A stretch of 64,000 nt of DNA from assembly GCA_026936335.1 (NCBI GenBank), contig JAPMXV010000008.1:278177-342176 (forward strand), written 5' to 3'. The notes below the pieces were generated by a model that searched no databases, had not been told where the DNA came from, and saw nothing but the letters and a program-made list of their open reading frames with translations. Below are positions 12,424-24,040 of the stretch, piece after piece. Each line of letters starts with the position of its first letter. The stretch's first letter is position 1. The position numbers were made by a program, and so were the translations under genes. The stretch is from Mantamonas sphyraenae STR306 (lineage: Eukaryota > Protista > CRuMs).

Positions 12424-13413
12424 TCAGTCGCGCCACGTCACGTCCACCTGGTCAGTGCGGAACCGCTGGGTGACGTATGAGTCATCGAGCGAGGTCTGGT
12501 AGCCGTGTTGAAATTGCAGCAATCCCGTATAGGCAATCATGGCCCCGTTGTCGATGCAGTATCGGTCGTCCATGGCGTGCAGCTTGCCGCCACGCTCGGC
12601 ACACATCTGCGCCATCATTTCCTGCAGGCGCAAGTTGCAACCCACACCACCGACAATGAGGACCTCGTCGCGCTCGCAATGAGCCATGGCGCGCTCTGTG
12701 ATTTCCACCAGCATGGCAAACACCGTTTCCTGCAGCGAGAAGCACAGGTCAGGCGTCGAGTAGTCCTTGGCCAGGCCCGTCAGGTTGGACAGGATGCCCG
12801 AGAACGACACGTCCATACCCTTGACGACGTAAGGGAGTTCCACATACGTTTGTCCCTTTTTGGCTTCCTGCTCGATGTTGTATCCGGGCGCAGGGTCGTT
12901 CGACAGGTCGACAATGCGGGCAAAGCGGTCCAGGCAGTTGCCAACCGCAATGTCGATGGTCTCGCCAAAGATGCGGTAGGTGTTGAGCGAATACGAGATC
13001 ACTTGCGTGTTGCCGCCACTCACGTACAGCACAATGGGGTCTGCGGCCTGCGTGACCACGCGGCCCATTTCAATGTGACCCACACAGTGGTTGACTCCCA
13101 CCAGAGGCACATCCCACAGCTGCGACAGTGTGCGTGCAACCACGGCCATCGACTGAAGCGGTGCGCCCATCCCCGGTCCCTTTGTGTAGCAAACACAGTC
13201 GAGCTGATCGGGAGTCAACCCAGCCTCCTTCAACGCCTGACTGACCAGATGTACGATCCATTTCTGGTGGTGTTGTGCTGTCTGCCGTGGCAGGAATCCC
13301 TGGCCGGGCGGCGTGATGTATGTGTGGCGCACATTGGCCAGAATTTCGCCCGTTTCGGTCACAATTCCGACGCCGACTTTGTTGGCGCTGCCCTCGATGC
13401 CCAAAGCGTACAT
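12424..13413 (-). CDS. OSGEP: tRNA t6A threonylcarbamoyltransferase (KEOPS Kae1)
   Basis: [51 protein letters not shown]; intronless. Confidence 0.97.
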   Translation of the reverse strand: MYALGIEGSANKVGVGIVTETGEILANVRHTYITPPGQGFLPRQTAQHHQKWIVHLVSQALKEAGLTPDQLDCVCYTKGPGMGAPLQSMAVVARTLSQLWDVPLVGVNHCVGHIEMGRVVTQAADPIVLYVSGGNTQVISYSLNTYRIFGETIDIAVGNCLDRFARIVDLSNDPAPGYNIEQEAKKGQTYVELPYVVKGMDVSFSGILSNLTGLAKDYSTPDLCFSLQETVFAMLVEITERAMAHCERDEVLIVGGVGCNLRLQEMMAQMCAERGGKLHAMDDRYCIDNGAMIAYTGLLQFQHGYQTSLDDSYVTQRFRTDQVDVTWRD

Positions 13414-13502
13414 TTTCTGAACTGAACTTTTTGCTGCTGCCCCTCGCGCAAACTCTCGCCGCTCACCCTCACGTGCCCTGTTGCCGATTGTCTGCTTGTA
13501 CG

Positions 13503-14445
13503 TCACAACAGCACACACTTGCGTTCCTTGGGTGAAACCTTCTTGTGCGGCTTGACGGCCTCGTCAAACAATGCCTTCAGACCTTCTTGTGTCAAGGCGC
13601 TGCACTCCATGTATGCCACTGCATGCAGCTTCTTGGCCAGTTTCTTGGCTTCTTTGGGCTCGATCACACTCTCTTCGCCATTCTGGCTCTTCATCTCTTC
13701 CCTCATGTCCAGTTTAAGCCCGACCAGCATCAACGGGACCTCGGGCGCGTGGTGTTGCAGCTCAGGGATCCATTTGTACGATACATTGCTGAACGATGCC
13801 TGTGGTTGCATGGATGCAATGGATGTGTGCGTGTGCGTGTCGTGTGTGAGTGTGTGTCCGTGGGCACGGAGTTGTCCGTCGCCGCAGAGATTGTGGAAGC
13901 TGCTGAATTCTCATTCTCGGGTGAAAAGGTGTGTGCAGGAGTCTCCTGACGGACAGACGATCAGGTCACAGCCACACGGGTGCAGCGAAGAAGTTGGCAG
14001 CGTGCGCAGGGATGTTGCACAACTTACCCTGTGGATGACGGAGAAGCACACGAGGAACAAGTCTGTGTTTGGGTACGACAAGGGCCGAAGCCGGTCGTAG
14101 TCGCTCTGTCCGGCTGTGTCCCACAGCGACAGATTGATGGGGTCGTTGCCACGCATGACTGTAGCATGGTTGCAGTATCCCATGCGGTGCGTGGGGGAGG
14201 GGGCGGGATGGTTCGCATCCAAGGCCATGCGAGCACGAGGAAGGGGCGGGGAGAGCGTGTCAGCGAAACGGCTGTGCCGGAGCACACGTGCGCCCACGCT
14301 CTGCGAGGCACTTACCATGCATGTCGTAGTTGTCAAAGATCGTGGGCACGTAGTCGGTGGGAAAGGTGTTCTGAGTGTAGGCCATCAATAGACAGGTCTT
14401 GCCCACTGCGCCATCCCCGACGACTGTGACCTTCCACGTTTCCAT
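13503..14445 (-). CDS. Rac/Cdc42-type Rho family small GTPase
   Basis: [51 protein letters not shown]; two GTAAG introns. Confidence 0.95.
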
Positions 14446-14522
14446 CTCTCTCGTTCGTTTGCTTCGTCATGCGGGCTTCACCGCCCTCCAAACACGTTTC
14501 AGCCTACCGGATGCTCAACCAT

Positions 14523-14581
14523 GTGTGTGTGTGTGTACGTTTGTGTGTGTACGTGTGTGTGTGTGTGTGTGCGTGCGTGTG
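14523..14581. repeat. (TG)n microsatellite in the Rac/HADHA divergent intergenic region
   Basis: Interrupted GT dinucleotide run. Confidence 0.85.
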
Positions 14582-14644
14582 CAGACATGCAGACATCGTC
14601 CGGTCTGCCCAGGGGCCGACACCCAAATCCCAACACCCGCCCAC

Positions 14645-17600
14645 ATGGTAGGTTGCCTGCACTTGTTCCATCCTTCCCAAACCCTTGCCCCGTCCCTGTC
14701 CACCTCTCCACCGAGGTTTCCACTGCCGCTGCGGAGACCAGCGCGTACTCGTTGCCTGTTGCCTGTCCCGCTCACGCCGTTCTGCCCGCCCAGTTCTCGC
14801 GTGTCTCTCGAAACACAGTGCGCCAGGCACCGGTGCTGGCTTCTGCACAGTCCACTGTGCAGACTGCCGCCGCCGCGTCTGCTGCCTCGGCCGTGCACAA
14901 CTTCTCCACGTCCAGCAGCGTATCCAAGCAGTGTACGTGTCCCCCGGAGGCCAATCTCGATTTTTCGGAGCCTCCTTGCTTTCGCCTCCTCCGGCGACCC
15001 CTGTGCACTCCCCTTGCCCGCCGCATCCATGACCAATCGCTTGTTGCCATCGCCGTGCCGTTGGCGGGCCAATGGATACAACGCGGTCATGGTGGCCCTT
15101 GCGAATTCCACTCAGCACGGCTGTGATCGTTGCGAGCGCGCGGACTCTGACACGCCCACTTCACCTTTGCGCCCCTCCCGCCGCTGCCATGGCCTTGCTG
15201 GGCCCCATCCAATGTCCACACACCCTCGCCCGTCACATAGACAAGCACTTCAAGGTCGAGAACCAGAGCCAGGTGGCCGTCATCCGCATGAACCACGACG
15301 GTGGAAAGATGAACATGGTCTCCACCTCCCTCATGACCGAGTTTGATGGTCTGCTCTCTGACCTCAACAACGACGCTTCTGTCAAGGCCATGGTTGTGGT
15401 GTCTGAGCAGGACAACTTCATTGTTGGCGCAAACATCAACGAGGTACGTGCCCCTTTTCCGCTGCATGCCCTCCGGAAACCCTCTTGACCCGCTCACACC
15501 GGCCTCCTCCGATCCCGCACACCAGTTTGTCGAGTGCAAGACCGCCGAAGAGATGTCCGCCCTCGCCAAGGGTGGCCAGGGTGTCATGCAGCGCATGGAA
15601 GACAGCAAGAAGCCCATTGTTGCAGGTGTGTTCCAGCCCGCCGCACGCCGCGATCGTTCCTCCCAAACCCACGCTTAAGCGCGCTCCTCACATCTGCTCA
15701 CACTCCTCCCCCGCCTTATTTGTCTCCCTGATCCATTGCAGCCCTCAAGGGTCAGAGCCTTGGTGGTGGTGCAGAGTTTGCTCTTGCTTGCCACTACCGC
15801 ATCGCCGCTGACGACGGCAAGGCTGTACGTTTCCGTGCCTCGTCCCTTTTGCCCGCCTTCCTCCCATACAACACGAACATGCACTCACCCTCCCACGTCC
15901 CCGTCGCCTCTGCCTTTCCTCTCGCCTCTGTTCACAGGTCATCGCCTTCCCCGAAGTCATGCTCGGTCTGCTGCCGGCCAGCGGCGGATGCCAGCGCCTG
16001 CCCAAGCTCATGGGTGCACGCAACGCCCTGCCCTACCTCCTCACGGGCAAGAAGCTCAGTGCCAAGAAGGCTCTTGACGCAGGCGTCATCAACGCCCTCG
16101 CCAAGCCCGAGAACCTGGAGGCAGAGGCTGTCGCTGCTGCTCGCTCTCTCATCGAGAGCGGCGTGTCTGAGAAGCACCCTGTGCTCACTCGTCCCCTCGA
16201 CTGGGCCCTCGAATTTACTTCCGTCGGCCGCAACTTTCTCTTTGGCCAGGCCAAGAGTGCCGCCCTGCGCCAGAGCCGTGGCCACTATCCCGCCCTCCCC
16301 GAGATCATCGACGCCGTCAAGTACGGAGTGTCCGGCAAGGACGGCTACGCCAAGGAGGCCGAGGCCTTTGGTCGTCTGGGCATGACGTCTGTCTCCCGCA
16401 ACCTGGTCAACATCTTCTTTGCCCAGACCGCCCTCAAGAAGAACCGCTTCGGCAACCCTGAGCGCTCCTACAATCAGCTCGCCGTTGTCGGCGCCGGACT
16501 CATGGGCGCCGGCATTGCCGATGTGTCTGTCAACAACAAGTTTGACGTCCTCCTCATGGACTCCACCAAGGAGGGTCTGGACCGCGGTGTGAAGCAGATC
16601 AAGGGCAACCTGGACAAGCGCGTCGATCGCGGCGCAAAGACACCGGCTGACCGCGACGCCGTCATGGCACGTCTGGACGCCATCACGACCGAGGGCAACA
16701 TGGAGAAGTTTGGCAAGGTGGACATGGTCATCGAGGCCGTCTTTGAGGACCTGGCCCTCAAGCACAAGGTCATCCAGAACCTGGAGAAGTACCTGCCCGA
16801 ACATGCCGTGCTGGCCACCAACACCAGCGCCCTTCCCATCGCCCAGGTGGCAGAGGGCTCCAGCAGGCCCGAGAACGTGGTGGGCATGCACTACTTCTCG
16901 CCCGTCGAGAAGATGCCCCTGCTCGAAGTCATTGCCACCGACAAGACCAGCAACGAGGCAAAGGCAGCCGCCGTGGACGTGGGCATCAAGCAGGGCAAGA
17001 CCGTCATTGTGGTCGGCGACGGCCCTGGCTTCTACACCTCGCGCATCCTGGCCCCAATGATGATGGAGGGTGCTGCTCTCATGCTCGAGGGCATCGAGCC
17101 CAAGGAGCTGGACAAGCGTCTGCAGAGCTTTGGCTTCCCCGTGGGTCCCGTCACCCTCATGGACGAGGTGGGAATCGACGTGGCCCAGCACATCACCCCG
17201 GGTCTGCAGAAGGCCTTTGGCGCACGCATGGAGGGCAACGACGCACTCATCCAGGACATGGTTGCCCAGGGCAACCTGGGACGCAAGAGCAAGAAGGGTT
17301 TCTACCTGTACCAGCCGCCCAAGCCTCTGCTCAGCGGCAACCTGGCGCCCCTGAACCCGATTGTGACTCCGGTGGCCAAGGCCGTGGGCATGGGCCCCAA
17401 GCGCAGCAAGCCCGTCAACCCGGAGGCTCTCAAGCTGATTGCCCAGCACTACACGCCATCGCACGGTCTCTTCTCCCTCACCGTGGAGGAGAGCGTCAAC
17501 CGCATGGTGTCCCGCTTTGTCAACGAGGCCGTCTTCTGCCTGCAGGATGGCATTCTGGAGAACGCCACCGACGGCGACGTGGGTGCCATCTTTGGCCTGG

Positions 17601-17767
17601 GTTTCCCGCCCTTCCTGGGTGGTCCTTTCCGCTACCTCGACGCCTACGGTGCGGAGAACTACGTCAACATGATGAACCGCCTGGCCGACAAGTACGGCGA
17701 ACGTTTCGTCCCTGCCCCGCTCCTGGTCGACATGGCCAAGTCGGGCAAGAAGTTCCACTCCAAGTGA
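14645..17767 (+). CDS. HADHA: Mitochondrial trifunctional enzyme alpha subunit (enoyl-CoA hydratase + 3-hydroxyacyl-CoA dehydrogenase)
   Basis: FIVGANI, PEVMLGLLP, VVGAGLMGAGIA, IEAVFEDL, GMHYFSPV, GLGFPPFLGGPF; ATG-only first coding exon then transit peptide; about 5 introns upstream of 15940. Confidence 0.95.
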
Positions 17768-17864
17768 GCAGTGGGTGTGCGCATGTGAAGAGGCCCAGGA
17801 GCCGAGGAGCCGAGCGAAGGAGGAGAAATCAAACACTCGTTTCCATTCAGATTGCAGACACATC

Positions 17865-19046
17865 TCAAGACAAAGACGTCTCTTGCAATGTGCTCAGCGT
17901 GAGTGTGTGATCATAGAATGAACATGCGGCGACGAGATCCGTGTAAGGGTCCATGCGACACCAGTCGATGCCGTAGGCGATTGAAGAGTGTGTGGGCTCC
18001 CCCAGGGTGGCGGTTGTGACCAAGGATGCCGTGTTGCCGTCTTCTGTGGAGGTGCAATCGATGTGAGCGAATCCATTGTACATGCAGGCAGCAAGGAGGC
18101 GGTCAGGGTCGCTAGGATGCCACTTTAGACGCCAGACGCCCCCGCCCATCTCCAGCTGCTGCAGTGGTTTGTACATGTTCCGCGTGTCCCACAAGAGGAT
18201 GGAGTCGTCGTAGCTGCCAGTCACAAGAGTATGGTCGTGGTGTGGGTGGCTTTGGATGGAACACACACCCATGCTATGCTTTCGACTGGAGAACGTGGGT
18301 GTGTCGGTGCCCTGGCGCAGATCCCATCCCTTGAACTTGCAGTCGTCGGCACCTGTGTACACTGTATCCGGCTCGTGGGCATGAAAGGCAATGATCCAAG
18401 CCTCAAACTCGTGCCCTGTCCACTGTGCGACGGGACTAGCGAGTGCATTGCTTTGCTGGTCCGACACTGCCCACACCGAGCAGCTCGAGTCGCTGTTGCT
18501 CGTGGCCAGGCGCAATTCTCCTGTGCTGCCACTGGTCAGCACTCTGTTGTTCCACTCCAACGACAGACACAGTGCCGCAGGGTCCTCAGAAACGACGGAG
18601 CGGAACGAGTGAACCTCGGCCACAGTCCCATCCTCGCCAGCCATTCTGTACAAGTGCACACTTCCGTCATCACAGCCAGACGCCAGCAGAGCATCGCTCG
18701 AGTCGCCCACGGGCTCGTGCGACCATTTGAGATCGAGAATGGCCGCGCCTTCTTCGCGCTGGGTCTCCTCAAGCTGGGCACACGTGTCACCCTCCACTAC
18801 TCTGTACACAAGAAGCCTGCCTCGACGCAGCTGTGCGTCTTCACTCTCGTTCTCCTGTTCTTGCCGCTGGTCGTCTGACGCAGCCTGTGCGTTGGCCTTG
18901 TCCACGTCTCGGTGTTGGTATGTGCCGCACACCATCATGTGCTCCAGGCCTGCCACAGGACAGAATTCGATCGAGTCTGCACACAACTCTGTGTCGATGG
19001 TCTGCTGGACATTGAAAGTGCGTTCATTGGCATGGGTACTGGTCAT
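17865..19046 (-). CDS. DPH7: Diphthine methylesterase DPH7 (WD40)
   Basis: ADSIEFCP, CGTYQ, HEFEAWI, TGADD, GGGVWRLKWHP, ACMYNGF, HSSIAYGIDW, CSFYDH. Confidence 0.92.
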   Translation of the reverse strand: MTSTHANERTFNVQQTIDTELCADSIEFCPVAGLEHMMVCGTYQHRDVDKANAQAASDDQRQEQENESEDAQLRRGRLLVYRVVEGDTCAQLEETQREEGAAILDLKWSHEPVGDSSDALLASGCDDGSVHLYRMAGEDGTVAEVHSFRSVVSEDPAALCLSLEWNNRVLTSGSTGELRLATSNSDSSCSVWAVSDQQSNALASPVAQWTGHEFEAWIIAFHAHEPDTVYTGADDCKFKGWDLRQGTDTPTFSSRKHSMGVCSIQSHPHHDHTLVTGSYDDSILLWDTRNMYKPLQQLEMGGGVWRLKWHPSDPDRLLAACMYNGFAHIDCTSTEDGNTASLVTTATLGEPTHSSIAYGIDWCRMDPYTDLVAACSFYDHTLTLSTLQETSLS

Positions 19047-19175
19047 GGGGACTGTCTCCTGCTTGCTGGTTGTGCTGGCGCTGTCTGCGCAGCGTGCAGC
19101 GTGTCTCTTGAGAAGTGTGTGCTTGTGTGCAGTCTGCGTGGCTGTTGCGCATCGCAAGTGTCTGTGTCTTTGTGC

Positions 19176-20016
19176 TCACGACGAGAACAGCGAACCAACC
19201 CACTCTGTGAATGTCGGTTCGCCCTCGGCGCGGCGCTTCTCCGCCATGGCCTTTGCGACCTGGTTGGCGCGCTGGAACTGTTGGTGTGGACAGACGTGAG
19301 GTGCAACGTGCAGGGTGCATGTTGGGTGGGTGGGGTGGCAAGTCAGCTTGTGTGTGTGTGCGTTGCGTGCACGGCAAGCGAAAGTGCGTGGGCTGCCGCG
19401 GGAGGCAAAAAAGCACGCCTTGTACAACGTCACATACCTCCTTCTTGTGGTGCAAGCACTCAAAGTAATCTTCACGCTGTTCCAGACACTTCTTGGGGTC
19501 GTTGCACTCCTCCATGCATCCCGAAAACTCGCGCCACAGCGGGTAGCAACGTCCGGCTGTGGAAAGCGGCGGGTCCCTCGGTGTGTCAGCCGCGCGTACT
19601 CTCTCACCATCGGTACAAACACCACAGGCAGGGCATGGGAAGCTCTTGTGACTCTGGGTGCGTCGTTGTGCACGGCGTATCGCGAGGCAACAGTGCGGAG
19701 TGGACAGGTATGGCGCTCGCAAGCACGCAGACGCTGCGGAGGGAAAACCCTCTCCCGCCCCATGCGGCCAAGCATATGTCCGAGGCCATCGCCACCCGTG
19801 ATAAAGGCCAAGTGTACATCGCAGCCACACGCATGGACGCTCCCATGGACGAGAACGTTTCCTGGAGGCCACGCGTGCAAGGCTCGGCCATGCCACACTC
19901 GCATTTCCACACCACCGCTACCCCTCTGCACCCGTACTCCAACAACCGCCTGTCCCACGCTCAAAACTTTGCTCACAAAACCTACTTGTGCCGTTGATTC
20001 CGTATCCACTCGACAT
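19176..20016 (-). CDS. NDUFS5: Complex I subunit NDUFS5-like (twin CX9C), 3 exons
   Basis: MSSGYGING / GRCYPLWREFSGCM...CLEQREDYFECLHHKKE / FQRANQV; GTAGGT and GTATGT donors. Confidence 0.85.
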
Positions 20017-20101
20017 GTTTGGTGTTTGATTTTTTGGCTGGCGTTCCATGCGCGCGCTTCTCCCCCCTTCTCCATCACATTCACACACACACACACTGCG
20101 C

Positions 20102-23100
20102 TCAACGCGAGCGAAATGCACGAATGCGTCGCAACCGCCGCATTTCTTTGCGGTTGAACGTGTTGGGTACGTGGTCCGACACCTGCGACAACTTTTCTCC
20201 CGAACTGGTCATCACAACCAACATGTCCATGGCGTGGAGGACGGTGTTGGCGCGTGGATTGATGTACATGTAGCTGTGTTCCAGATGGGAGGGGTGACGC
20301 ATCATGCCCAGGCACAGGATGTCGTTGTCCATCATGTCCTCAAACAGATGTTGGTACATGCCGCCGATGTACTCCTTCGGCACGGGGAACTGATACACAA
20401 ACGACGGATTCACGTCGCGCTCATTCACAAGCTCCGGCACAGGTGGCAGGCCGCACACCATCGCTCGCAACAGCGGCAGTGCGTACGGACTGTAGAACGA
20501 TTGCGCCAGGATCGAATCCAACACAGATGCACAGAACACACGCCCACTCGCAAAGTGGGTGTCCATATGATAGTCTGCGTGCCACTGGCTGTTCATCGCG
20601 CTGCGCCAGATCTCGTTCCCTCGCTCAATCAGTCGCTGCTGCTGTGCACCCTGCTTGTCCAAATCCGAAAACGACGACGGCGCCCCGGGCAGCGATGCCC
20701 ACGGTTCGTCCTTGTTCTCTTCTGTCAGTGCTTCTTCTTGCATGATCTGTGCGCTGCCCGTCGATCGCAACCTGTTCAGGTACTTGATGTTGCTGCTTTG
20801 CACAAGCTCTGCCGTCACAATCGCGTCCACGTACGGCCGTGACTCAATCGCACGCACCGTAGCAATGCTCGCCGCATCCACAAGAAACTCGTCGCTGGCA
20901 TGGCTGTTCTTCAGCGTGTTGGCTAGAATCACCACACGCGACGCACGCCTAATCCCGGCTGCCTCCAGGTCGCTGAACGACGTCGGCTCGCCCTCAACGT
21001 AAAACACACGTGGAAACCGCCCGATGGTGCGCCACTGTTGTTTGCTCGGCGGGTTCGGACTCAGAATCACAATGGCAGGGAACTCCGGATCGGGCAAGTG
21101 CTTCGACCGCAACGCAGCCACAAAGTGCACAAGACCGTTCACTTTGTCACCAGCTCCGCACACAATCACGTGGTTGGCCACTCCTGTTTTGCGGTCCAGA
21201 TTGATGTACGACGCATCTGCCAGCGGCGTGCACTCGCCGTGATCGTTCAAATAGTACTCTCCCGTCAGCGTGTGGCCGTGCACCGCGTCCACATGTTCAA
21301 ACTCCAGATCGTGCAAGTCATGCATGGCGTCCCCGTCAATGTCCCCTTCAATTGTATCCTCTGTCTCGTCATCCGAATCGTCGTCGTCGCTGTCGCTCTG
21401 CCTGCGAGTGAGCGAGTCCGGACGTCGCAGACCAATCTGGCTTGTGCTGCGCACAAACCCACTGTCGTCCGGAATCTCCTGTGCAATGTCGTCGTGGAAC
21501 GACACGCTGCTGCTCTGCGACTCTCGCCGTCCCAGGTTCTTCAGGCTGCTCACCAGCTTGTGGTCCGCCTTGCGCGGTCCCGTTGCACGGGTTGATTCAA
21601 GCTGCACATCCGAAGTACGTGCCGCCTTCTCTTGCGGCTCTTCCATCGTACCAGACGGCACCTCATCCTCCTCTTTGTCCTCTTCGTCGTCGGTGTCCTC
21701 ATCCTCGTCCGCCATACTCGAGTCTTTCGAATAGAACGAATCCTGGCGCGCGGCCTCCCGCGTCCTTTCCTGCACAATCCCAATCAGCTCTCCAATCTCA
21801 GAGCCCATCTTGGTGCGTCGGGACGCCGTCGACGGGGAGCCTGAGCTCGCCAGATCCTGCATCTCCACAGACGTGCTGTTGATGGAATGTGTCAGACTCG
21901 GCGCGTGGCTACGGCTCCTTCGCATGCCCTTGACCGTCGCAGGCTCAGCATCGCCAAGCATGCCTGCACTCGTTCGCAACTCTGCAGATCCTCGTCCTTC
22001 GCTTGCGCTGCTGCGGCGGCTGCCACTCCTGCTCTCACCTCCCAAACTGCCGCTGACGCTGTTGCTGCGGCGCAGCGTCGGCTGTGTATCGATGGACATG
22101 GTGCGGCGCTGCACCATGCCCGACTTGACGTTGCTGCTCATCGTCGCCGTGGAAAGGGAGCGCTTCAGGGACGAGGGTTTGAAGCGAACCTGCTCCACCG
22201 CTGGCAGATCTGCAACCGCCTCGCTGCTGGGTGCAATGAAGAAGCCACGGTCTCCCTCTTGGATCACATACTGCTTGCCCGGAAATACCATCAGCACAGA
22301 GGCGCCGTCGTACAAATGGGTCTCCAGACCCAGGAACGTAACTTCGTGCTTGCCGTACACAAAGTTGGCTGCCTCGCCAAAGGTACGCCCGACAAACTTG
22401 GACAGATCGGATGCGTAGATTTCGTGTGAGCAGCCGTACGCATACTCTTGCTGCCACAAGGGCATCTGTTCGTGCTGCGAGGAGGGCTTGAATCCAAACG
22501 TCCGTGCTATGGCCGTAAACAGAGTGCTAAAGCCGGGACAAACGCAGTTGCGTGCCATGATATTCATGCGCAGCTCTTGGATGCTCAGCGAGCGCTCTAC
22601 CTTGGCCGCAACCACCAGGTTCTGCTGGCCCTCCATGCCGTGTACTTGACACAGCACGGGTACGCTCGGCGCATAGTCCTTGACTGCCAGCGAATACAAC
22701 AGGCTGGCGGCATCCTTTTGCTCCGTTTTGATGCCGTACTTGTCCGTCAGGATGACAATGCCAGCCGCTGTGGCAGCCTCGGCGCGCTTGAGATCTTCCT
22801 GTACCATGGGCGAGCCACGAAGGTAGGTGACGCGATTCTCGTAGTAAGGGTGCTCCAGCAGCATTTGCGTCTCCACGCTGGGCTTCTGTGACCCTCCCAT
22901 GATGACCACGTGTGCCTTTTGGTTCTGGTGCAGCGGGTGGAAAAACTCGCGCAGAAAGTCCTGCAGGCCGTCAAATGTGAGGTCACCTGAGACCACAATG
23001 TGACGGTAGCTCTCGTCGCGGTTGAAACGGCCGAGATAGGCGGTGTCAATCTGCTGCAGAGTGATGAGTTTAGAGGTTTGAAGGGGCATCAACACAAAGC

Positions 23101-24021
23101 TGGCGAAAATCATGACCATGATGATCATGCGGCCGGCTGTGGACTCCATGGTGATGTCACCGTAGCCTACAGTGCTGATGGTGATGACGACAAAGTACAA
23201 CGCCTGGTGGTACTCGAGGTAGCCGTCTTGGCCTGGCACTCGTCCCAGTGCGCTGTTCTCGACGTACTGCAGCATGCCAGCAGTGCACACGATGATAGAG
23301 ATGATGGTGAGCACAATGATCATGAGCTGCTTCTGAATGTCGCTTCGGGAAAAGCTGAGGAGGCGATAGGCACGGAGGATGCGCAAGGCGCGCAGGGCTC
23401 GCATGGGCTTAAGGAAGGAGTAGGTGACGGTGGAGTAACCAGCAAGCACGAGAGAGCCAAACACAGGCAGGACAGTGACAAGGTCGACCAACGAGGGCCA
23501 GCTGTACAAGAATTGGAGCTTGTCGCGTGCAAGCCAAAAGTTGAATATGTAGTCGAGGGTGAAGAAGGAGGAGAAGCAGATCTCGACGGTGAAAAACGAG
23601 GCCAGCACGTCGGGTTGTTCCGTGTAGTACAGCTCGATGACGTAGAGGAAGCACGAGGTGAGCGAAAACAAGGCTTGCACAGAGTCCTGCGAGGGTTTTC
23701 CGGAGAGGATGCGAGTCAGGAGGGAGGCCGACAGATATGGGACAGGCAGGAAGGAAGGGGGTCAATCACGGGGCACAGGAGGGACACACGTACCAGGAAG
23801 CGACCGAGACGGGAGGTGTCGAGGTAGATGGAGACCTGTTCGCGGAGAGAGACGTGGGTGTGGCTGGTCTGAGTTCGCGGCGCGAGACACAAGTGCCTGA
23901 TCAGGCGGCTGAGCATGATCAAGAGCCAAATGGACAGAGTGGGCACAAGGAGCACGAGGAGGCCCACGAGCCAGTCCTCGCCAGAAACCGATTGCGGAGC
24001 TGCGGTGGGTGCGGCACGCAT
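20102..24021 (-). CDS. Slo/BK-type calcium-activated K+ channel with RCK domains
   Basis: S4 RALRALRILR, pore TISTVGYGD, RHIVVSG, YLRGSP, CPGFSTL, second RCK NHVIVCG, FASGRVF; intron ~23792-23687; S0-like N-terminal TM. Confidence 0.92.
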
Positions 24022-24040
24022 CTGGAGGCAAACCGAAAAG

